DNA from: Octopus sinensis
Lineage: Eukaryota
Reading direction: 5' to 3'
DNA length: 64,000 bases
Assembly: GCF_006345805.1 (NCBI RefSeq)
Contig: NC_043016.1
Span: forward strand, 11,904,001 to 11,968,000
Shown here: positions 49,775-60,419 of the stretch, one piece after another
Numbering within the stretch: the first letter of the stretch is position 1
Layout: each line of letters begins with the position of its first letter
The notes under the pieces: generated by a model
What the model was told of the DNA's origin: nothing
What the model saw: the letters and a program-made list of their open reading frames with translations, nothing else
Databases searched by the model: none
Translations under genes and position numbers: made by a program

Positions 49775-51310
49775 GAAGGTAGACAAATCATAAATCCCTT
49801 CAGGTAGAAGGCCCTACTTGATCTGTAGAAAAAGTGTCAGTAAAAACTCCATATGATGTACTTGGTGTAAGCTATGGACACATAAGAGGTGCAGCAATAT
49901 CAGAGAAAGGTCAACAGGGATTATAGTTTTTGTGTGTGGCAGATGCACAGATACAATAAACACCAAAAATGTACAGAAAATAGATTCCATCACCTGTCAG
50001 AGGGAAAAACTAGAAGTAGTCAACAGCTTCTATTATCTAGGTGACCAAGTCAGTAGTCAGGTGGATGCTCTGAGAGCATAGCTGCTAGAAAAATAGGCTG
50101 GGCAAAGTTCAAAGAGCTCCCACCTCTGCTGGCAACAAAGGGCCTCTCACTCAGAGTAAAAGGCAAACTGTATGATGCCTTTGTACAAACAGCCATGCTA
50201 CACAGCAGTTTAACATGGGCTGTGACTGCTGAGGACATGTGTAGGCTTGAAAAAAATGAAGCTAGTATGATCCTCTGGATGTGTAATGTCAGTATGCATA
50301 CATGACAGAGTGTAAGTGCTCTAAGAGAAAAGTTGGACATAAGAAGCATCAGTTGTGGTGCACAAGAGAGGTAACTGTGCTAGTATGGTCACGTGATACT
50401 TATGGATGAGGACAGCTGTGTGAAAAAGTGTCACACTCTAACATGGAGGGAACCTGTGGAAGAGGTAGACCCAGGAAGAAATGGGATGAGGTGGTGAAGC
50501 ACGATCTTCAAATGTTGGGCCTCACAGAGGCAATAACAAGTGACAGAGACCTTTGGAGATATGCTGGGCTTGAGAAGATCTGTCAAACCAAGAGAGATCA
50601 CAGTTGTGGCCTATGCCATGGTCACATGACTGGCCCATTAAAAGCACCCTTCAATCATTGGGCAATATCCTGTGCTTGTGAAGATCTGTTGAACTGAGTG
50701 AAGATGTGGTTGTAGCTGATGCCAGTGTTGTCTGACTGGCACCCATACTGGTGGCACATAAAAAGCATCATTTGAGCATTGAGCCTCATGGAAGCAGTGA
50801 TGTCAAGCGAAGTGAGATCATAGTTGTAACCGATGCCAATGTTGCATAACTGTTCTGTTGAAAGCACCCTTCAGCCGTTGGGCAATATGCCATGCTTGTG
50901 AAGCCCTGTTGAAATTGCAGTCATGCCTGATGCCAGTGCTATCTGACTGGTGACACGTAAAAAGCACCGTTTGAGCAGTAGGTGTCATGGAAGTAGTGAC
51001 AGGTAACTAAGACCTTTGGCAATATACCATGCTTGTGTACACCTGTCAAGCCAAGTGAAACCATGATCATGACCAATGCCAGTGTCAGGTCATTGGCACC
51101 AGTGCTAGTAGCACATAAAAAACACCCACTACACTCTGAAAGTAGTTGGCATTAGGAAGGGCATCTAGCCGTAGAAACCTTGCCAAATTCAGATTGGAAC
51201 CTGGCACAGTCCTCTGGCTCACCAGTTTTCTGTCAAACTGTCCAACTCCTGCAAGGATGGAAAGCAGACGTTAAATAATGATGATGACGACGATGACGAT
51301 GATGATGATA
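49775..51310 (+). mobile_element. 5'-truncated RTE LINE with 3' repeats and tail
   Basis: Cys-rich insert, F.YLGD, GRGRPRKKW..DRDLWR, (GAT)n tail. Confidence 0.9.
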
Positions 51311-51799
51311 TATGGATAATTTGGCTGCTATTTCTAACATGTTGAATGACCATTTAGTGGCTGCTTCATCAGCTTCTCTGCTAATCATGTATCTTTATTT
51401 AGTAACTTTCTTGTCCAACTCCTGCTGGCATGGAAGAAAACAGACATAAAAATTATGATGGTAGTGGTGTATACGGTGCTCATGGTGTCCGTGGTACTGG
51501 TGGCAGTATCATGGCAGTGATTATGGTGGTGGTGGTGGCCATAGTAATGGTTTATACAATTAAATCCATATCATGGTTTTACCTGTTAATCTGAGTGGAT
51601 CCTGTGGATTGCCAAATCCTCTCGGAATAATATGGGTATGAATCCCAGCATGGAATGGCATAGCATTATGGATTTAATGATATAGTTAGTAAATAGAAAC
51701 ATACTTTCATACATACACCTCCATACACATACATATCCTTCTCTTTCTATTTTTGTTGTGTACACTTGTGTGTGTCTCTTTATTATATGTGTTTGCATG

Positions 51800-51800
51800 C

Positions 51801-51833
<33 letters not shown>

Positions 51834-52478
51834 GAGGAAAGAGAGGAGAGGGGAGAGAGAGAAAAAAGAGAGGAGTGGGTGAGGAGTAGAAGAGTGTGAG
51901 TGGAGAGAGAAAGAGAGAGACATTGAGAGAGCGAAGAGAGAGATAGAGAGAAAGAGAAAGAAGAGAGAGAGAGAAAGAAAGAAGAGAGAAGTGTGTGAGA
52001 GAGAGAGAGTGTGAGAGAGAGAGAGTGAGAGAGCGAAGAGAAAGGAGTAGATTCGAAAGAGAGAGAGAAGAGAGAAAGAAAGAAAGAGAGAGAGTGTGTG
52101 AGAGAGAGAATGAGAGAGAGAGAGGGAGAGAGAGAGAGAAAGAGAGAGAGAGTGAGTGAGTGAGAGAGAGTGTGAGAGAGAGAGAAAGAGAGAGACAGTG
52201 AGAGAGCGAAAGAGAGAGATAGAGAGAAAGAGAAAGAAAGAGAGAGAGAAAGAAAGAGAGAGAGTGTGTGAGAGAGAGAGTGTGAGAGAGAGAGTGTGAG
52301 AAAGAGAGAAAGAGAGAGAGAGTGTGAGAGAGAGAGAAAGAGAGAGACAGTGAGAGACCGAAAGAGAGAGATAGAGAGAAAGAGAGAGAAAGAAAGAAAG
52401 AGAGAGAGTGTGAGAGAGAGAGAGAGAGAGTGTGAGAGAGAGAATGAGAGAGAGAGAGAGAGAAAGAGAGAGAAAAGC
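51800..52478. repeat. Complex (AG)n polypurine tract
   Basis: direct reading. Confidence 0.95.
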
Positions 52479-52984
52479 AGACAGAACAATATGGACAAAT
52501 GCTACCACTGACGTGCCTCTGCACCCTTTCCTCTTCATAACTTTTCTACTGTGATCTGGTAGTCTTGGAGGTGGCCATGGCAGTTGTCCCCAGCTAGCAA
52601 TGTAAGCAAGAATGCTTATATGCACCAAAAGCTGTATGAGAGGTTCATTCATGGTAACCATTGCTTGCATTCCATATTGCAACACAATATCCACTTTTAA
52701 GTGGTGATAAATATTATCTTTTGATATTATAACTGCTTCTGTTGTTAATAATTATTTTTTGATAAGCCTACTAGCTATTTGTGACACCGGTACCTGAGAT
52801 TCTATATATAGATACTGAAATTCTATATATGTCATTTCTGGACATATCATTGTTGTTTCCAGCGGTCAAGCACCTACCACTGACAAAGCCAAGGAAGACC
52901 TAAATCACATGATCTGGTAGTCTTGGTGGTGGCAGTGGCAGTTGAGGTGTCTTTCTGCTAGCGATGTAAACAAGAGTGCTTATA

Positions 52985-53201
52985 AAGGGAAAGTTTACGA
53001 AAATAAACAAAAGACGAAGGCAGGTGGAGTACAAACAAACAAATGTATTAGTATAGCACTCAGGATAGAAAAAGTTTTTACGTTTCGAGCCTACGCCTTC
53101 GACAGAAAGATACACAGAAAAAAACAAGGGAGAAAAAAAAAGGAGAGAAAAATGCATGTAGGAGCTAACGATCTATCATGGCGTCCTGACTTCAGACAGA
53201 C
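52985..53201 (-). mobile_element. 217-bp hammerhead-bearing element with 10-bp TSD
   Basis: TSD agtgcttata at 52975-52984 and 53202-53211; motif TTT CTGTCGA AGGC GTAG GCTC GAAA CG TA AAA at about 53076-53108. Confidence 0.75.
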
Positions 53202-53867
53202 AGTGCTTATATACACTGAAAGCCAATACAAGAGGTTCTCTCATGGCAACTATCACAGTATCCTATGTTCTAACACAACATCCACCTTTTAATGGTATTA
53301 ATACTGATTCTGTCACTATGAATTAATTTTTACTATTCCGTCTTTTAACCTGTGTATTATACACATGTACTATGCCTTTGTCATTGTTGTCTTCTTTTAT
53401 TCGACTTGTGGCTGCTTTCTTCCTTCCCTCTTTCACCATTTTCCAAAGTGTTGTAGTGCATCTGAGCACTGTATATAAAGAAAGCTTGTTATTAAGTGAC
53501 GAGCTGGCAGAACCATTAGCATATATTGAGTGACATGCTTAGCAGCATTATTTCTTTTGGCTCTTTATTTTCTAAGTTCAAATGCTGCTGAGGTCAACTT
53601 TGTGTTTTTATCCTTATGGGGTCGATAACATAAAATGCCAGTCAAATATTGCCAGTGGGGAGGAGGGGTGTCAATGTAATCGACTTCCCTTCTCCCTCAA
53701 AATATTGCTGACCTTATGCCAAAATTAGAAAAAAATTATCATCATTATCATCATGACTAGTTAGATAAATAGATAGATATGCAATAATATTATTTCATTT
53801 CTGCCCACCACACATCCACTCACCAGGCTTTGGTTAGCTCTGGGCTATATATATAATATTATATTAT

Positions 53868-53910
<43 letters not shown>

Positions 53911-54049
53911 ATTCAGTTAGAGATTATGTTAGCCTCATGAAGGGATGGTGTCATCCCAGGAAATACTGGTTCAATACCAAATATTTTGGAGGCAATAGAT
54001 TTCCTTAAAATAATAGGCTTGCATATAATCCGTAGTTTATATTCATGCA

Positions 54050-54585
54050 AAGGAAAAAAAAAAAAAGAGAAGAAAACGGAAATGTTGAAGTTAATAAGAG
54101 TTTATTATCAGCAACAAAGTGATCATTATCCCTTACATCTCTTTCAATTATACTCAGTGAAATTAATTAAATATTAAATTCATATTTCTGAGCATAATCA
54201 CTTTAGACGGAAAAAATATATATCCTTAGATGTTATGTATGTTTGTTACTAGATTCATTGTAGCAGACTGAATGATACTGTTCATGGTTTGTATTTATAT
54301 GTTTTTTGGGTGAGGGGTTTGCAGGTTGGTTGGAGGGAAGATAGAATAGGTAAATAGAGTAATAAATTAGAGTAATAAAAGAATGAATAAATAGAGATTA
54401 TAGAGTAAATTATAATATAAATAAAGTACAATATAATCTCTGAAGAGATTATGATCAGAAATATGAATTTAATATTCATTAAACTTCACTAAGCTTAATT
54501 GAAACAGCTGTAAGGGATAATGATCGATTTGTTGCTGATAATAAACTCTTATTAACTTCAAAATCTCGATTTTCTTCTTTTTCCT
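54050..54585. mobile_element. Head-to-head inverted element (about 150-bp arms) with hammerhead motif
   Basis: about 54050-54207 is the reverse complement of about 54438-54585. Confidence 0.75.
54437..54516 (+). ncRNA. Type I hammerhead-like motif with extended stem II
   Basis: TCT CTGAAGA GATT-(46 nt)-AATT GAAA CAGCTG TA AGG. Confidence 0.55.
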
Positions 54586-54618
54586 ATGTATGTATGTATG
54601 TATGTGTGTGTGTGTGTG

Positions 54619-54658
<40 letters not shown>

Positions 54659-54984
54659 TGCGTGCATGCGTGAGTGCATGCATGAACGGATGGATATTGT
54701 TCCATGATGATAAGATCAACAAAAAAAAGTACTCCATCTGGTGAGAGATGAATACAATGTTTTTATGGGCTACTATTAGTTTCATGTGATGAGAGCATCA
54801 AAGTACCTGAAGATTGAACTGAGATACCAGATGTGTTAAAAAATACTGTCTGGTATGCTCTCATCGAATGAAACAAAAAATAGCACATAAAAACATGTAT
54901 TGAGTTTATTAAATTATATATATATAATGATAGATCGTTAGCCACTACACACATTCTTTTTCTCTCCTTGTTTTTTCTGTGTCC

Positions 54985-55020
54985 CTTTCTGTAGAAGAGC
55001 GTAGGCTCGAAACGTAAAAG
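54985..55020 (+). ncRNA. Minimal type I hammerhead-like motif, A6U core, in element about 54927-55111
   Basis: CTTT CTGTAGA A GAGC GTAG GCTC GAAA CG TA AAAG. Confidence 0.65.
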
Positions 55021-55302
55021 ACTTTTTCTATTCCTGAGCGTTATACTAATACATCTGTTTGTTTTGTACACCAACTGTCTTCGTCTTTTGTTTATTTTCG
55101 TAAACTTTCCCTATATATATATATATATATAGTAGGAGACATTTTCCCAAGGTTCCGCAAAATGGGACTGAACACAAGGCCACATGCTTGAGAAGCAAGC
55201 TGTTTAACCCCACAGCTATGTCTATGGTGAAATAGGGAGAATTATGCCCGCTTTGATCAGTTCTATATAGAAGAAAATCACAATTCATAATGAACTACAT
55301 TT

Positions 55303-55697
55303 TCTTTACTTGTTTCAGTCATTTGACGGCGGTCATGCTGGAGCACCGCCTTTAGTCGAGCAAATCGACCCCGGGACTTATTCTTTGTAAGCCCAGTACT
55401 TATTCTATCGGTCTCTTTTTGCCGAACCGCTAAGTGACGGGGACGTAAACACACCAGCATCGGTTGTCAAGCAATGCTAGGGGGACAAACACAGACACAC
55501 AAATACACACTCGTACATACATATATATATACATATATACGACAGGCTTCTTTCAGTTTCCGTCTACCAAATCCACTCACAAGGCTTTGGCTGGCCCGGG
55601 GCTATAGCAGAAGACACTTGCCCAAGATGCCACGCAGTGGGACTGAACCCGGAACCATGTGGTTGGTTAGCAAGCTACTTACCACACAGCCACTCCT
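55303..55697 (-). mobile_element. Family A SINE (full length, young)
   Basis: close match to 21202-21604 and 60002-60393. Confidence 0.9.
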
Positions 55698-55707
55698 AAA
55701 CATTAAG

Positions 55708-55930
55708 TTTAACCCTTTAGTGTTTAAACCGGCCATATCTGGCCAGAATATTATTCTTGTTTTATGTTCAAGCTTGTGACATTCAGCCTCTCACACCTAC
55801 CCTACAATGCCATTCTAAAGATAAATAATCACATCATCAAAATCTTGAAGCTATGAGACAAGGCACAATTAATTCCAAAACAATGTGAATAAATATTACA
55901 TTTGACAGAGTAATCTAAACTCTAAAGAGT
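55708..55930 (-). mobile_element. TTAA MITE (second family)
   Basis: ttaaccctttagtgtttaaaccggccatatctggcc.. Confidence 0.75.
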
Positions 55931-57061
55931 GAAAATGAAAAACCCTGACCAACAGACTCCAACAAATGATAATAAAACAAACAACAATAACCTTTCGTTT
56001 AATGAATTTGTTTTTTCTAAACGCTCATATGCTTTTTGTCATTAATCATACATAAATCCAGTAAGTAGAATGCTTGGGCTATAAAACAGCAGATTTAGTG
56101 CCATTGATAAAAGAAAAGAAAAGAAATCAACTTTGTGTATGATTGGAGATCTGGGATGGGATGAGAGAGAGAGGATGTAATCGTAAGTGACTTTTATAAG
56201 AAGTTTTAGTGAAGACTTACAATGTGAATGACTTGAATTGCTAACAGCTTTAAGAGGCCACCTTTCAACCAGCAAAAACTCTTATCTTTGCCACTTTAGA
56301 TTTATAGATTAATATATAAATATAGTGGATGTCAGCACAGACTTAATAGGCTTAAAATTATTCAACAATAACAACAACAAAAAAGTAAAAAAAACAAATA
56401 AACTATAACTATTGGGAGTTATACTTTGATATACCATGTAACTGTTTTGGTTTAGGAAGAGCTGTGTGCCATTGATTGGTCTAATATTTCTCATAATGAG
56501 AGGTGAGGAGGACCGAGGTGTTCTGTGAATTGCCATGTGCAATTTTTTTTATTTGTTTTAGTCAAAAGACCGCAGCTGTTCTGGAGAGATGTACTGCCTT
56601 GAGTGATGTTTTAGTCAAAGAGATCAACTCCAGGGCTAATTATCTGGACAAGTAGGGTATCTATTCTATCAGCCTCTTTAGCTAAAACCACCAGGTTTCG
56701 TTAATGTTAAACAAACCAACATCATTTGTCAAGTAGTGGCGGTGGGCAAACACAGATACAAAGAGACATACGCGCGCGAACACGCACACACACACGCACA
56801 CACACACACACACACATGTAACAGAACAACACACACAACATAGGTGTGTGCGTCTCTCTCTCTCTCTCTCTCTCACTCACTATGCACGCCAACAAACAAA
56901 CAAAAAGAACGCAGCTCTGATAACTGACAGAGTCAACGATTTTTGAAAAGGTTGCAAGACGCAACGAAAATTTTTACAAAAAATTAGTAGAAATCGGTGA
57001 GTGTGTAGTTTATAAGACACTAAAAGAGAATGACTCTCCTCCCCACGCACACATATATATA

Positions 57062-57188
57062 TTACGGAGATGTACTTGCATAGCAAGTGACCTGATCTGA
57101 GATCGTGTGCTGCGTGGAAGGTGTTTATAAGCCATTTAAGAAACACACAAAAACAGTTAGATTCATTTCAACATTTAAATTTAATTTG
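57062..57188 (-). mobile_element. Truncated copy of the 10838-11153 element
   Basis: gagatgtacttgcatagcaagtga..gccatttaagaaacacac..ttaatttg. Confidence 0.8.
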
Positions 57189-57349
57189 CGAAGAAAAAAG
57201 ATACCCTTCCCCCACCCCTAACCCTAACTCTAACTAACCCTAAACCTAAAACAGATTGAAATGCAATAGATCGATACTAGGGTTATAATTATGGGTGACA
57301 TTTTCATTTGACATTGCTAGAAAAAAATCCCATTTTCCGTAGCGGTGTC

Positions 57350-58140
57350 AAAGATCATGCTTCACCACCTCATTCTATGTCTTCCTGGATCTGCCTCTAC
57401 CACGGGTTCCCTCCACGGTTAGAGATTGGCACTTCTTTACAAAACTGTCCTCATCCATACACATCACATGACCATACCAGCAGTCGTCTCTCTTGCACAC
57501 CACATCTCATGCCTCTTATGTCCAACTTTTCACTCAAGATGCTTACCCTCTGTTGAACATGCACACTGATATTGCACATCCAGCAAAGTATAATGTATTC
57601 ATTTTTTTAAAGCTTACACATGTCCTCAGCTGTCACAGCCCATGTTTTACTGTCATGCAGCATAGCTGTTCACACACAGGCATCAAACAATCTGCCTTTC
57701 ACTCTGAGAGAGAGGCCCTTTGTTGCCAGCAGGGGTAGAAACTCTCTGAATTTTGCACAGCCTAATCTTATTCTCACAACTATGGTCTCAGAGCATCCAC
57801 CTCCACTACTAACTTCGTCACCTAGATATCGGAAGCTACCTGCTACCTCTAGCTTGCACTCCCTGGTAGTTGATGGAGTCTATTTTCAGCATTTATTGTA
57901 CCTGTGCATCTTACAAAAGCTATTTTCCCTGTTAGCCTTCCTCTGATATTGCTGCACCTTTAATGTGTCCAAAGCTTACACTGGGTGCATCTTGTGGAGT
58001 TACTACCTACACTTTTTTTGCATATCCAGCAGGGCCATCTACCTGAAGGGATTTGTGATTTGTCTTTCTTCCTACTTAATAAGACATTGGTTTTTGCTAG
58101 GTTAATTCTAAAGCCTTTTGATTCTAGACCTTGCTTCCAT
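57350..58140 (-). mobile_element. RTE ORF2 fragment
   Basis: WKQGLESKGFRINLAKT..SGRWPCWICKKSVGSNSTRCTQCKLWTH. Confidence 0.9.
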
Positions 58141-58160
58141 ATGTGTATATTTATATATAT

Positions 58161-58195
<35 letters not shown>

Positions 58196-59159
58196 TTATC
58201 ATCATCCTTTATCATCCACATTCCATGCTGGCATGAGTTGGAGAGTTTGACAGGAGCCAGCCAGAAAGAAGCCTGCACCAGACTTCTGTGACTGTTTTGG
58301 CAGGATTTTTACAGCTGGATGCCCTTCCTAACACCAACCACTCAGTAGAGTGAACTTAGTGCTTTTTACATGGTACAAGCACAGGTGAGGTCAGTTTTGG
58401 CATAGTTTTTACAGCTGGATGCCTTTCCAGATGCCAACCACTTTACAGTGTGGACTACATGCTTTTAAGTGGCACCCGCACTGACAGGGTCACCCAGTAA
58501 CCGAGGCTTTTAGCAATATGCCATACTTGAGAAGACTCATCAAGCCAAGTAAAATCATAGTTGTGACTGATGCCAGTGTCATGTAACTGGTACCTGTGCT
58601 GGTGGCACATAAAAAGCCCCCATTACACTGAATCTGATCCAGAAGCCATGTAGTTGCGTAGCAAACTTCTAAACCACCCAACTATACCTTTGCTTATGGC
58701 AATATAATTTTTTAAAAAATTACTCAGATGAATACTCGGGGATGCTTTTTGCAAGTAAACTTAATTGTAAAATGGTTGCTAGCATACACAAGTAAATCAA
58801 AATCAAATTGAAATTGAAATTGTAATTCTGGCTGATGCCAATGCTGATGCCAATGAAATTTCATTTGGTTGAAATCAAATATAGAATGCAATGGAGAGTG
58901 AGTCTGACTTTTAGCAGGTATGGAAGACAACTTTAATCATATTTCATTTAAATAGATCTCTTCAAAAAAGGAAAAAACTATGCCTGCAAGATATATCCTA
59001 AAATGTCTGTAGAAATATATAGTTTTTTTGTTGTTTTGTGATTAGCCCAGTGTAGTGTTATAATATAACAAAAATGACTGGAAAGAATAACTGATTATTT
59101 GAGAACAATTTCAGCCAAATAAGCAATGCTTCTATAATTCACTCATTGATGAGTTAATT

Positions 59160-59755
59160 TGCATATTCAATAGGTTTCCTCAGGTGACATAACATGCTTG
59201 AGGAAACCTATTGAGTCAAATAAATCAAAATCAAATTGAAATTGAAATTGTAATTCTGGCTGATGCAAATGCCACCTGACTGGCTCCCATGCTGGTGGCA
59301 CGCAATAAGCACCATTCATGTGTCGGTCATTGCCAATGTCGCCTGACTGGCTCCCCGTGCTGGTGGCACATAAAAAAGGACCACCCTAACGTGTTCAATG
59401 CCAGCCCCCTAACCCTGACTGGCTCCTGTGCTGGTGGCACGTAAAAGCACCATCCAAACATGATCAATGTCAGCCTCCTCACCCCAACTGGCTCCTGTGC
59501 CGGTGGCATGTAAAAAGCATCATCAGAAGCGGCTGATGCCAGTGCCACCTGACTGGCTCCTGTGCCAGTGGAACATAAAAAGCACCCACTACACTCTCAG
59601 AGTGGTTGGCATTAGGAAGGGCATCCAGCTGTAGAAATATTGCCAGATCAAATTAGATCCTGGTGCAGCCTACTAGCTTGCCAGTCCCCAGTCAAACCGT
59701 CCAACCCATGCCAGCATGGAAAGACAAAAGGTTAAACGATGATGATGATGATGAT
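59160..59755 (+). mobile_element. RTE 3' UTR repeats and (GAT)n tail
   Basis: ctggctcc..gtggcac..aaaagcacc units; ggcattaggaagggcatccagctgtaga. Confidence 0.85.
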
Positions 59756-60001
59756 TCACGGTAATTTATAACCGTTCACAAATTACTAATAGTCTGAAGA
59801 TCAGAATAATATTGAAGTGTTTGATAATGATTGTTATTGTTGTATAGCCAAAGGTGTGCACTGATTGAGAATACCTTTAAACTATAGGACTCATGGCTTT
59901 GATTATAAACAAGGGGGTTCCAGCTGTGAGTCCTCTCTCTTTCTAAGAGGTTTCAGGAATTTCTTCATCTGAGTCCTTCTCTACTTTTTATATTTATTCA
60001 T

Positions 60002-60393
60002 TCTTTTATTCTTTTACTTGTTTCAGGCATTTGACTGTGGCCATGCTGGAGCACCGCCTTTAGTCGAGCAACTAGACCCCAGGACTTATTCTTTGTAAGC
60101 CCAGTACTTATTCTATCGGTCTCTTTTGCCGAACCGCTAAGTGACGGGGACATAAACACGCCAGCATCGGTTGTCAAGCAATGCTAGGGGGACAAACACA
60201 CACACACTCATATATATATATACATATATACGACGGGCTTCTTTCAGTTTCCGTCTACCAAATCCACTCACAAGGCATTGGTCGGCCCGGGGCTATAGTA
60301 GAAGACACTTGCCCAAGGTGCCACGCAGTGGGACTGAACCCTGAACCATGTGGTTGGTTAGTAAGCTACTTACCACACAGCCACTCCTGCACC
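60002..60393 (-). mobile_element. Family A SINE (full length)
   Basis: same structure as 21202-21604. Confidence 0.9.
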
Positions 60394-60419
60394 CCAGTAT
60401 TTCTTTTACTTTTACAATA

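Noticed and set aside
51586-52694. Ser/Leu-rich 260-310 aa ORFs
   Set aside because: Translations of the (CT)n/(AG)n tract.
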